From a virus (lineage: Duplodnaviria > Caudoviricetes): a stretch of DNA of 51,974 nt. The stretch's first letter is position 1. Each line of letters opens with the position of its first letter. This document shows, one piece after another, positions 42,686 through 50,834 of this stretch. Position numbers and translations under genes: made by a program. The stretch spans positions 1 through 51,974 of IMG/VR virus record IMGVR_UViG_3300031473_000132. One strand, 5' to 3'. The notes under the pieces were generated by a model. That model was not told the origin of the DNA and made no database searches. It saw only the letters and a program-made list of their open reading frames with translations.

Positions 42686-43597
42686 TCACGCCGCAGCCTT
42701 CACCCTGTAAGTGCTGTTGATAACACCATTGTCTGCCTTGCCGCGAACGTGAGCCGGAACCCAGAACGTTCCCGCGTACTTGCCAAATAGGGGTTTCTCA
42801 TCAGTGTAGTGGGCGAAATGGCCACGTGCGATGTGCAGCGCCTTCGACGGCTTTGTGCTGGGGTCCTTGCTCGTGGCATTGGTCGCGTAGGAGCGGTTCG
42901 GATCGATCACGATTTCATGGTACTTGAGGATCGGTTCGCCGGCTCGCTTTGCCGCACGTTGCTCGTGACGTTTCGGAAGACGTTCGACAATGTCGACGTT
43001 CTTACAGTGAGCGAAAAGAAATGATGCAAGCGCAATATACGTGGAACTTTTAGCTGATTTCGTTAACAGTTGGTCTAATACATGTTTCCCATGGGCATTA
43101 GGAGAATAAAGTCTCGAAGCCGTGTCCTTTGGTGAGTATGGGTATGAGATACCAAATCCGTCATTCGCAAGCGAGCCTTCCTCGGACCATGTCATGCTCA
43201 CCACAACACCAGAAATCATTGATACGATTGGGTTTTGATCAGGATAACTCCCCAAGAACATAAATTCGGTTTCGTGTTCAGTGGTCAGTGACAGACATGC
43301 AAATGGCGTTCCATCCACATCCCACTCCATCCACATATATGGAAATGGAGGAAAACACGGCATGGTAGTAAATGAGTTGCCTATATTTTCTTGAAGGTGA
43401 TTATCTTTCGCACCCAAGTCATAGACGTTCTGAATATTAAATAATGAGAAACCAGGACCATTCGCAATATCTCGAATAAGATCAAGGTCCCCATTCATTT
43501 TAGACGTGTCATACCCTTCGTATATCCCACATCTCCCTTTAGACAAGGTTGCGGTAAAAAGGGGAAAAGACGTCGAGGAAGTATTATTACTTCGCAT
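42686..43597 (-). CDS. Lower-GC hypothetical phage protein
   Basis: GGAGG RBS; C-terminal HIARGHF..FWVPAHVRG motif. Confidence 0.8.
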   Translation of the reverse strand: MRSNNTSSTSFPLFTATLSKGRCGIYEGYDTSKMNGDLDLIRDIANGPGFSLFNIQNVYDLGAKDNHLQENIGNSFTTMPCFPPFPYMWMEWDVDGTPFACLSLTTEHETEFMFLGSYPDQNPIVSMISGVVVSMTWSEEGSLANDGFGISYPYSPKDTASRLYSPNAHGKHVLDQLLTKSAKSSTYIALASFLFAHCKNVDIVERLPKRHEQRAAKRAGEPILKYHEIVIDPNRSYATNATSKDPSTKPSKALHIARGHFAHYTDEKPLFGKYAGTFWVPAHVRGKADNGVINSTYRVKAAA

Positions 43598-43622
43598 GTA
43601 GACCTCCGTCTGTGTGTCTCAA

Positions 43623-43790
43623 CTACGCGGCGATCTGTCGTTTCGCCTCAAGCAGGGCCAGCCCGGCAATCGCCTTGGCCAACCCGCTCGAATGCCGCTG
43701 CACCGCGTCTTGCAATTCCTTAAGCCGGTCATCCTCCGGCTTGGGCGGCACCGGCTTCGAGATCACCGTCGGCGTCGTGCGTGCGACCAT
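43623..43790 (-). CDS. Small hypothetical protein (55 aa, MVARTTPTV...)
   Basis: Manual translation. Confidence 0.5.
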   Translation of the reverse strand: MVARTTPTVISKPVPPKPEDDRLKELQDAVQRHSSGLAKAIAGLALLEAKRQIAA

Positions 43791-43972
43791 CGCTCACCGC
43801 CCTTCGGTTGAAATGCCTCATTGATCTCCCTCTTCAATTCCCGATCGCGATACTGTATCCAATTGTATTCTTTCCATTCATCCAGAGCAGCAGAGAGTTC
43901 ATAGAACGAGTATTTGGCATAGTCCTCTTCAGTCCAATCTGTAGGGTTCTTGAATCGTTTCTTTTTCATCAC
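43763..43972 (-). CDS. Hypothetical protein
   Basis: GGAGG RBS; GTGA overlap. Confidence 0.6.
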   Translation of the reverse strand: MMKKKRFKNPTDWTEEDYAKYSFYELSAALDEWKEYNWIQYRDRELKREINEAFQPKGGERWSHARRRR

Positions 43973-44184
43973 TCACCCTCCAGCGTCGCGGTGACGACGC
44001 CCGAATGCCGGACGACGGGCAACTCCAGCAGTTGACCTACCACCGCCTCCAGTGCGATTACCCGGCGTTCGAGCGGGCTGATATACGGTGGTCCGCTCGG
44101 GATGCGACCTCGGCCTTGACGGTCGATTGCGTCGAGGATGCGCCGCTTGGTCTCGAGTTCGGCTGCCGGTGTGCGTTCGATCAT
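43969..44184 (-). CDS. Hypothetical protein
   Basis: ATGA overlap with upstream gene. Confidence 0.6.
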   Translation of the reverse strand: MIERTPAAELETKRRILDAIDRQGRGRIPSGPPYISPLERRVIALEAVVGQLLELPVVRHSGVVTATLEGE

Positions 44185-44336
44185 GCTTTCCCCTTTCCCT
44201 CGGCAAGCCCCACCAACAGCGTGGACACTCCCATCAACCCAATCGGTGCGAGATACCAGGAAATGTGGTACACGGTGCCGAGGATCGCGTAGCAGATCAG
44301 CATCGCCGTCCCGCAGACGATCGCGGTGGGTTTCAT
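44181..44336 (-). CDS. Small two-TM membrane protein (51 aa)
   Basis: MKPTAIVCGTAMLICYAILG..; ATGA overlaps at both ends. Confidence 0.55.
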   Translation of the reverse strand: MKPTAIVCGTAMLICYAILGTVYHISWYLAPIGLMGVSTLLVGLAEGKGKA

Positions 44337-44665
44337 GATGGATCTTCTGGATCGTACCGATTTCCGGTCACCGTCAGGACATAGGAGAGTTCGAACCCGC
44401 CGCTTCTCGGATTCCCGGTTTGTGTCGCTTTCGTGTTTTCAAGCCGAAAGCCAATGCCGTACCCCTGTCGAGTCCAGATAATGCCCTCATCACCACGATC
44501 GTTGCGCTTGCCAAAGAACTCGATCCGTTCAGGATCGGCAAGCGTCCATTGCAATGACACACTCTCGCCTCCGAACTCAACGAATACGCCATCAGCATTT
44601 TCTGAATGCGACACAAACGGCGAGTCGGTATGGATCACCTTGGGGTGCATATCGGTGGGTTTCAT
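44333..44665 (-). CDS. Hypothetical protein
   Basis: GGAG RBS; tight packing. Confidence 0.6.
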   Translation of the reverse strand: MKPTDMHPKVIHTDSPFVSHSENADGVFVEFGGESVSLQWTLADPERIEFFGKRNDRGDEGIIWTRQGYGIGFRLENTKATQTGNPRSGGFELSYVLTVTGNRYDPEDPS

Positions 44666-44667
44666 GG

Positions 44668-45114
44668 CTACTCCAAACTCATATCTAGCGGCGGGTAAAC
44701 GTGCGGTCCAACTACAATACTCAATAAGTGGTCCTGAAACTCATCGGTGAGGTGTTTCGCGGTGTCGCCGTCCATCCCTGCCTCGATCAATTCGGCGTGA
44801 TAGAGCGCGACACGTCTTCCGAGATGGCGTAGGTCGGCGACGTTGTTCAGCGGCCACCGGACGTGGTTGACATGCGCGTGGAGTAGCTCATGGCAGCAGG
44901 TATTTCGGAATTGCTCGGGCTCGCTTTCCGCCCACTGTGGGTGAAATGAAACGACTGCCACCTTGAGGCCATACCGGACATCGATACACGCCGCGTGTTC
45001 TGGATGCTCCGGGGGATCATCCGAGACAAGAATCCTCCAATCGCGCAGGCCAACCAGATCGGCCAGCTCACGCAGGTACGGCTCGATCCTGTCCCGATCG
45101 CCATCGAAGATCAT
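44668..45114 (-). CDS. HExxH metallopeptidase-like protein
   Basis: LRELADLVGLRDWRI..CCHELLHAH. Confidence 0.65.
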   Translation of the reverse strand: MIFDGDRDRIEPYLRELADLVGLRDWRILVSDDPPEHPEHAACIDVRYGLKVAVVSFHPQWAESEPEQFRNTCCHELLHAHVNHVRWPLNNVADLRHLGRRVALYHAELIEAGMDGDTAKHLTDEFQDHLLSIVVGPHVYPPLDMSLE

Positions 45115-45323
45115 GCGATTGTGTCCTCTTCACCGATCACCAGCTCATGCACGAGGTTGGTTCGCGTGATCACGTCCTGGAAGGCGACGGTGCAGGTTGA
45201 AAGGGCGGGCTCGTAGACATGCCTTACCCGCAGTCTTGCGTAATAATCAGCGACGCGTTCGGCAACCTCCAGATCTTCATCAGACACCGTTCGCAACATC
45301 GTTTCAGGTCGTGGTTCCATCAT
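45111..45323 (-). CDS. Hypothetical protein
   Basis: GGAGG RBS; ATGA overlaps. Confidence 0.55.
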   Translation of the reverse strand: MMEPRPETMLRTVSDEDLEVAERVADYYARLRVRHVYEPALSTCTVAFQDVITRTNLVHELVIGEEDTIA

Positions 45324-46054
45324 GTCCTCCGTCTTGCTTGCTTCTCGGCCCGTACACTGCTCACCCACGACGCCACTGATTCCGACGATTCCACCAATTG
45401 CTCACGCATGACCAAGCCCGTCTGATCGAGCCACCCCCGGAACAACAGCTGTACCGCGTCCCGCACCTTGGCCGTTTCTCGCCGGTAGATCGCCAGATCG
45501 GCGGGGCCGAGATCGTCCGGCTCGCTGTCTAGTCCGTATTCGACCCGCAACTTCTCGACGAATGCGGAGATGTCCTCGGGTGGAAGTACATGTTGCTCGA
45601 CATTGCAACGGCAGGAAACGTGACGAGGGGGAAGAGGCATGTCTTTCGCCGGGTAGACACCAACACCAAGCCCTTCGTCATGACCCGCGATGTCTGAACA
45701 TTCATCGGGCACAACGTGGGATGCGGCCACGACGTATTTGAGATACCCGCCTAGCGGATCGACCATCGCGACCTGCTTGGCTGAGAGTGCATTCGCCCGA
45801 CGCATTTCATTACCCGCCAGCCGGTTGGCAGCATATTCCGCCTTCCCGTCCCCGGGTTGCGAGTAGGACGGACTCACGTAGCGCACGAGCCGGGTCGCGA
45901 TCTCCTCTACCGGCGTGCCATCGATCACGCCAACACGGAGAATCGCGTCGATGCTGGCTCTCATGTCGGCACGGTTTGACCATATTCGGTCGGAGAGATT
46001 GAACCCCCGTTTGTCGAGCCAGTCGCGGGTGTCATCTACAAAGGCATCAGTCAC
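45320..46054 (-). CDS. MuF/SPP1 gp7-like minor head protein
   Basis: LSDRIW; DECSDIA..GVYP..PPRHVSCRC. Confidence 0.8.
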   Translation of the reverse strand: MTDAFVDDTRDWLDKRGFNLSDRIWSNRADMRASIDAILRVGVIDGTPVEEIATRLVRYVSPSYSQPGDGKAEYAANRLAGNEMRRANALSAKQVAMVDPLGGYLKYVVAASHVVPDECSDIAGHDEGLGVGVYPAKDMPLPPRHVSCRCNVEQHVLPPEDISAFVEKLRVEYGLDSEPDDLGPADLAIYRRETAKVRDAVQLLFRGWLDQTGLVMREQLVESSESVASWVSSVRAEKQARRRT

Positions 46055-46391
46055 GATTCGCCTCCGCTTCCACCCGCTCTCTGAGTGTCAGGCTCATCAC
46101 AGCACGCCAGCGCGTGACCGATGCGTCCAACAGCTCGAAACGGGCTGCCGTGGCATCGCGGACCACGATCTCCGTCAGTGCCGCATCGGGATCACCGTTG
46201 TAACGGCCATAGATCATCGCAAGACTTCTATCAACCTCCGCCATGATGCGTAACCGGTCGAGCGTCATGATCGGCCTTCCGGGCGTCGTGTGACGGGCGA
46301 ACGCGTTCTCGATGCTGTCGCCAAGCACAGAGAACAGAAGTCTCACGTCACGGCGCTGGCGCTGCTCGATGATGCGCAATCGTTCACTCAT
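46047..46391 (-). CDS. Hypothetical protein, possibly the N-terminal part of a split MuF-like protein
   Basis: Helical; overlaps the MuF-like gene start. Confidence 0.6.
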   Translation of the reverse strand: MSERLRIIEQRQRRDVRLLFSVLGDSIENAFARHTTPGRPIMTLDRLRIMAEVDRSLAMIYGRYNGDPDAALTEIVVRDATAARFELLDASVTRWRAVMSLTLRERVEAEANRD

Positions 46392-46692
46392 CGACGCGCT
46401 CCACGTTCACGCTGTAGCCGCTTTCCTCGCCACGGTCCTTGCGCGCCACGATCTGGTAGTGCTGGTCGGGCAAGGCGTAAATCATCGTCTGCCCGTTGGA
46501 CGCGATCGGCGATTGAGGGTCTGGCCGTTCGGCGAACGGATCGCTGCCGTCGCCAAACGCATCGGCAAAGGCCGTTAAGGGATCGGCGTCAGCAGTCCGT
46601 TCCAGCGCCGTAGCGATGCGGGCCGTGTGTTCCACGATCAGACTCAACATGTCGATCACCGACGCGTCGGCGCCATTGAGCTTTGCCATCAC
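46384..46692 (-). CDS. Hypothetical protein
   Basis: Tight packing. Confidence 0.6.
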   Translation of the reverse strand: MMAKLNGADASVIDMLSLIVEHTARIATALERTADADPLTAFADAFGDGSDPFAERPDPQSPIASNGQTMIYALPDQHYQIVARKDRGEESGYSVNVERVDE

Positions 46693-46989
46693 TCACCCCT
46701 CATGACCGTATGCCTCTAGCCATTTCGCCATATCTCTGGCAATTATTGCCTGAACGTTGCTCATCTGATCGTCATACGGCCACTCCTCCAGATGCTCATT
46801 GGGATGCAGCCGGTTGTGCCCGTCGACATCTCGTTGCTCGTAAATTTCGGCAACAGACCGGAGTTCCGAGGGAAGAACGTTATCTTCGCCCAAAATGTCT
46901 AGAATCTCCCCGCTGGCATGGAGCACAACATCGTCGGTGTAAGCAGGAAGCTGCTTCAACTGTTGATCATTCACTGGCATCGTCATCAC
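46693..46989 (-). CDS. Hypothetical protein
   Basis: GTGA overlap with portal. Confidence 0.6.
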   Translation of the reverse strand: MMTMPVNDQQLKQLPAYTDDVVLHASGEILDILGEDNVLPSELRSVAEIYEQRDVDGHNRLHPNEHLEEWPYDDQMSNVQAIIARDMAKWLEAYGHEG

Positions 46990-48506
46990 CCTCCAAATCC
47001 GGACATCAGGTTCGACCTGTGGAGCATGGCGGTCTCGCGCTCGGTAATCAGCGTCGCGGCGTCCTTTTCATCGACTCCGAGGGCCACGAACGAATCCGCG
47101 TACTGAATCGTTTCGCGTCTGAGGATCAGGTCGAGCCGCTCCGCTTCGGTCATCGGCACGACGGGTCGTCCGAGAATCCCCATGTCGAGCGACCCCGCCG
47201 TGAAGCTCTCCTGCGTGTATGGCCGGAAGACCTCGTCGCGGCTCGTCGGCGCGTCCCATCGCCCGTCGTTGAGCGCCATCCCGCACATCGTGATCGCCAT
47301 CTGGAAGAGCTTGACGGTCTGCGGGTCGTGCTCCGCCCGCGCCTCGTTGGCCCGGCTGACGGCGTCCCCAAGCGCGCGTTCGACGGCGGGCCCGGTCAGT
47401 GTCGACATCCCCCGCAGGTCGTGGTAGAAGCTCGCCTCCGGGTTCTCTTCGAGAATGCCCTGCTTGATCTCGTTGAGGATCTCGATCGTCTTGCCGATAT
47501 CCGCCTGCAGGTACTCGTACCCGCTGTCCGGTCCGACCCGCTTGACATTCATACCTTCCGCCAGCATCGACGAATCTTCCTCGCGACCCGGTCCCAAGAC
47601 CTCGCGCACCTTGGAGACACCGGTCTGACTGCCCTTGAGCAAGACGGCCGCAGAGAACGGCTTGCGCTGGTAATCGATCGCGTGACTCATGAAGCTGTTG
47701 TATTCGAAGAGCGCCTGCCTGATGCCCGCGATCGCCGACAGGCCACGATCTCCCCACACCGTCTTGTGCCGGTCCCAGATTGCGGGCACGAAGCCGTAAG
47801 GGTTCACCTGCACGGCCTCGCCATGCCCATCGGGATCGCGCCACGGCTGATCGTCTCGGAAGTAGCGATACTGCTCCTTGTCGACCTCCTTCCGGTAGCG
47901 GAAGGTGACCATCCGGCCCCGTTCCTCGCGGGTGATCGCGTACTCGAGCGTGTACGCCTTAATGTCCCCGACGATGTCGAGCTCGAGTTCGGTTACGTAG
48001 CCGGGCCAGACCAGTTGCGGCCAGACGGCATGGCGGGCGGGATCGTCCACCAGTTGCGTCAGGCAGTCGCCGAGCGCCGCCGCGTAGCGTGGCCGCAGCC
48101 GCATCGAGCGTTGGAACTTCCAGCGGCTCCACAGCTCGGCCGTCGCGATCAGCAATTGCTCGTTGGCGGCATCGTCGCCGGTTTGCGGATCGAGCGGGAT
48201 CGCGCCGGGCGACCCGTCCGGGAGCGGCTTGCCATCGGTCGAGAGTTGGCCCTGGTAGACGGTCGATGCGTAAAAGTCCACGACCGCCGCCACCGGCTTG
48301 TAGACGAGGCGTGTGTTTCGGTACACCCGTTCATCTTTGAAGATGCCGCGACGCTGCCAGACCGAATCGAACATGGTCCCTGTGTACAATGCCCAGTTCG
48401 CGGCATACCGTTCACCCAGCGTTTCTGGCGTGTCGGGAGCGCTATACCCCTGCCAACCCATAACCGCACCCTGTCCAGCACTCATAAGTCGCTCCCACAC
48501 ACTCAT
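46986..48506 (-). CDS. Portal protein
   Basis: 506 aa directly after TerL; NPYGFVP and TLTGPAVER motifs (SPP1-like). Confidence 0.85.
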   Translation of the reverse strand: MSVWERLMSAGQGAVMGWQGYSAPDTPETLGERYAANWALYTGTMFDSVWQRRGIFKDERVYRNTRLVYKPVAAVVDFYASTVYQGQLSTDGKPLPDGSPGAIPLDPQTGDDAANEQLLIATAELWSRWKFQRSMRLRPRYAAALGDCLTQLVDDPARHAVWPQLVWPGYVTELELDIVGDIKAYTLEYAITREERGRMVTFRYRKEVDKEQYRYFRDDQPWRDPDGHGEAVQVNPYGFVPAIWDRHKTVWGDRGLSAIAGIRQALFEYNSFMSHAIDYQRKPFSAAVLLKGSQTGVSKVREVLGPGREEDSSMLAEGMNVKRVGPDSGYEYLQADIGKTIEILNEIKQGILEENPEASFYHDLRGMSTLTGPAVERALGDAVSRANEARAEHDPQTVKLFQMAITMCGMALNDGRWDAPTSRDEVFRPYTQESFTAGSLDMGILGRPVVPMTEAERLDLILRRETIQYADSFVALGVDEKDAATLITERETAMLHRSNLMSGFGG

Positions 48507-48507
48507 C

Positions 48508-50043
48508 TCACGCCAGCTCCCGGTTCATCTGGGCGATGACATCGTCCGATTCGTCGTCTGCATACCCGAGCATCGTCACCGACAGCCCCCACACCAAAGC
48601 ATCCATGCGGTCAGGCGATGGCATGCCGGGCTTCCAGGTGCACATCTGCCGCTCAAGCTCGGGGAAAAGTTTCAGATGGTGCACACGTCCATCCTCGTAG
48701 AGCTTCTGGACCGGTTCGGCCCGCGTCCGCTTGCCCCGGCTGGCGTGGACCAGCATCACGCCGGGTGCTCCGCTGATCGTGCCGATCGTGATCGCGACCA
48801 TCTGCCCGCCATTGTTTTTCTCGGCAATCAGGAGGTCGGCATTGAAGTCGTGATAGGCGGCAACCGACGCCTCGGCCCACGCCTTGGGGCCGCCGGACAC
48901 GGTGTAGTCGGCGAGGACGTACGCGTGCGGTCGATCCCACATCCGTTCGTCCCATTGCCGCGAGGTTGAAGTCACGATGATGCCAGCCTCGTCGCCCGTA
49001 CCCTCCGTGTTGGGGTCGACCGCGACCGCGATGATGTCCATCTCCGGCAGCCGTTGTCCGGCCGGAACGCGGAACGTATCGATGTCGCGCGCCTTTTGCC
49101 AGAGCCCGCCCTCGACCTCATCGACCTCGTGCTGGGCCTCACGCAGGAACGCGCCCAGTCCCCACTCGTTGATCTGCTGTTCGCAGGTGGCCACGTTCTG
49201 GCCCGCCCACGTCGCCTGGCCGCCGGTGATCGCGTAGCGCGGCGTGCCGTCCGGCTGGATACGCTGTTCGTACTGAAGACCCGTGATCGCCGGTTCGACG
49301 GTGGCGGGGAGACGGTCGTGCAGGAAGTCGGCACGTCCGTCGCAGAGCTGGGAGACGATCCCGTCCTTGTGGATCTTGTTCTGGATCACGATCACGGCGC
49401 AATCGGTCGACCCGGACGGCAGCACCGTCGTGGTGATCACATCGACCTTCTTGCTCACGGTATCGACGGTGTCGTGCCGTCCGTCGATGTCATCGAAGAT
49501 GATGATGTCCGGTCGGTACTCGTCGAGCTTGACGCCGCGCATGCCCGAATCGAGGCCGAAGGCGGTCACGTTGAAGCCGTTGGCGGTGCGGATTTCCTCG
49601 TGCCGCCATCCCTTGGACGATCCGTATTCGTTGATTGCCCGCTGCACGCCGACGCGTTCCAGCATCCCGGCAATCGCCGCGACGTGCTTATTGGCCTGCG
49701 CCTGGGTGTTGCTCACGTAGAGGACATAATGGCGGCGTGGGGTGGGCTCCGATCCGATGTAGGTGCAGCCGAGTTCGAGTGTGGAACTCTTGGCCCCGCC
49801 GCGGCTCCAGACCTCGACGCGTGCCCGTGGTCGAACGCCGGGCTGCAATGTGGCGATCCAGTCCCAGAACCGGATATGACGATCGGCGAAGGGAGCGAAC
49901 GTGTAGGAGGCGAAGTGAGCGCCCAGCCATTCCCGCCATGGGCGACTGTGGGTGTCCAGCCGTAATCCGGACGTGAAGAGGCTAGGCAGTGAGGCGGCCA
50001 AGCTCATCCGCGATGGCCGCGAGGGTGTCAGGATCATGGACAT
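48508..50043 (-). CDS. terL: Terminase large subunit
   Basis: SRGGAKS Walker A, IIFDDID Walker B, VAVDP, IAEKNNGG, SPDRMDA nuclease motifs. Confidence 0.93.
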   Translation of the reverse strand: MSMILTPSRPSRMSLAASLPSLFTSGLRLDTHSRPWREWLGAHFASYTFAPFADRHIRFWDWIATLQPGVRPRARVEVWSRGGAKSSTLELGCTYIGSEPTPRRHYVLYVSNTQAQANKHVAAIAGMLERVGVQRAINEYGSSKGWRHEEIRTANGFNVTAFGLDSGMRGVKLDEYRPDIIIFDDIDGRHDTVDTVSKKVDVITTTVLPSGSTDCAVIVIQNKIHKDGIVSQLCDGRADFLHDRLPATVEPAITGLQYEQRIQPDGTPRYAITGGQATWAGQNVATCEQQINEWGLGAFLREAQHEVDEVEGGLWQKARDIDTFRVPAGQRLPEMDIIAVAVDPNTEGTGDEAGIIVTSTSRQWDERMWDRPHAYVLADYTVSGGPKAWAEASVAAYHDFNADLLIAEKNNGGQMVAITIGTISGAPGVMLVHASRGKRTRAEPVQKLYEDGRVHHLKLFPELERQMCTWKPGMPSPDRMDALVWGLSVTMLGYADDESDDVIAQMNRELA

Positions 50044-50605
50044 GACGTTGCACCGCCTGTTGCAGCTGTGCGATGAAGAGCATTACCTGTCCGGTCGTCA
50101 CCATGTCCTGCATCGCGACCCGGCGCTTCTGCTCGGATTCCACGAGCTTGCGTCGTGCTTCTGCGAGCTGCATGGCCTCGGCCCGAATCATGTACGGAGC
50201 AGAACCGCGTTTGATCAGGTCGCTGATCTCCATTGACGCGAGCATCTCGGCCGATCGATCGCCTTCGGCTTTCGCCCCTTGATACGCGCCCCACGTCTCT
50301 TGCAGCTTGGTCCACAACGCACCACTCTCTCCCGTCTCCAAGCCCTTGAGTGCGTCCGAGGTGAATGTATCGATCAGAGAGATTTCCGAGGTGAGGTTGA
50401 GGAGGTCGGGATCTGTTCGAGCTCCCTCGTACCGTGCCTGTAGACGGGTGGGAAGGTCTTCGGAATATCGACCATGTTTGAGTGTTGCTGACGCGACCCC
50501 GCGTGGAGACCTCCCACCGTGGTGATAACAGACATCCCGCCCCTTCATCGGTGGACGCTGGCACTGTTGACCCGTGCGCTTTGATCGCGCTTTGCACAAG
50601 ATCAT
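49982..50605 (-). CDS. terS: Terminase small subunit (HGGxSTG-type)
   Basis: CKARSKRTGQQC..CYHHGGRS..KHGRYS; upstream of TerL; start may be GTG50626. Confidence 0.8.
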   Translation of the reverse strand: MILCKARSKRTGQQCQRPPMKGRDVCYHHGGRSPRGVASATLKHGRYSEDLPTRLQARYEGARTDPDLLNLTSEISLIDTFTSDALKGLETGESGALWTKLQETWGAYQGAKAEGDRSAEMLASMEISDLIKRGSAPYMIRAEAMQLAEARRKLVESEQKRRVAMQDMVTTGQVMLFIAQLQQAVQRHVHDPDTLAAIADELGRLTA

Positions 50606-50609
50606 GGCG

Positions 50610-50640
50610 TGACATGGGGTGTCCACGCTGACATGGGGTG
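50610..50640. repeat. 12-bp direct repeat TGACATGGGGTG x2
   Basis: Copies at 50610-50621 and 50629-50640. Confidence 0.8.
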
Positions 50641-50790
50641 ATTTACTTGTGCAGGGGAGTCCGCCACGGCCGCCTCACGAAAACGCCGCATGACGAGAAC
50701 GCTTCCGCGACCCCTCAGACGGCTGTCATCGTGTATGCGGTTGTCGAACGCGGGGGACCGGCAAATCCTGCCCGCGCCGGTAGTGGTCCC

Positions 50791-50799
50791 AGTTTAGCA
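50791..50799 (-). promoter_or_regulatory. Candidate extended -10 promoter for the packaging operon
   Basis: TGCTAAACT, same TGn-TAnnnT style as other promoters in this phage. Confidence 0.4.
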
Positions 50800-50834
50800 T
50801 GTGGACGTGCTGGTGGATTGCCTGACGCGCCAAG

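Larger units (their letters stand above)
1..50800. mobile_element. Temperate siphovirus-like prophage (left end and integrase outside window; right boundary approximate)
   Basis: Terminase-portal-capsid-tail-tape measure-lysis module on - strand, replication/recombination module on + strand, bordered by housekeeping ychF. Confidence 0.93.

Noticed and set aside
46683-49965. Long + strand ORFs opposite portal and terL
   Set aside because: Antisense shadows of high-GC genes, not on an operon strand and with no motifs
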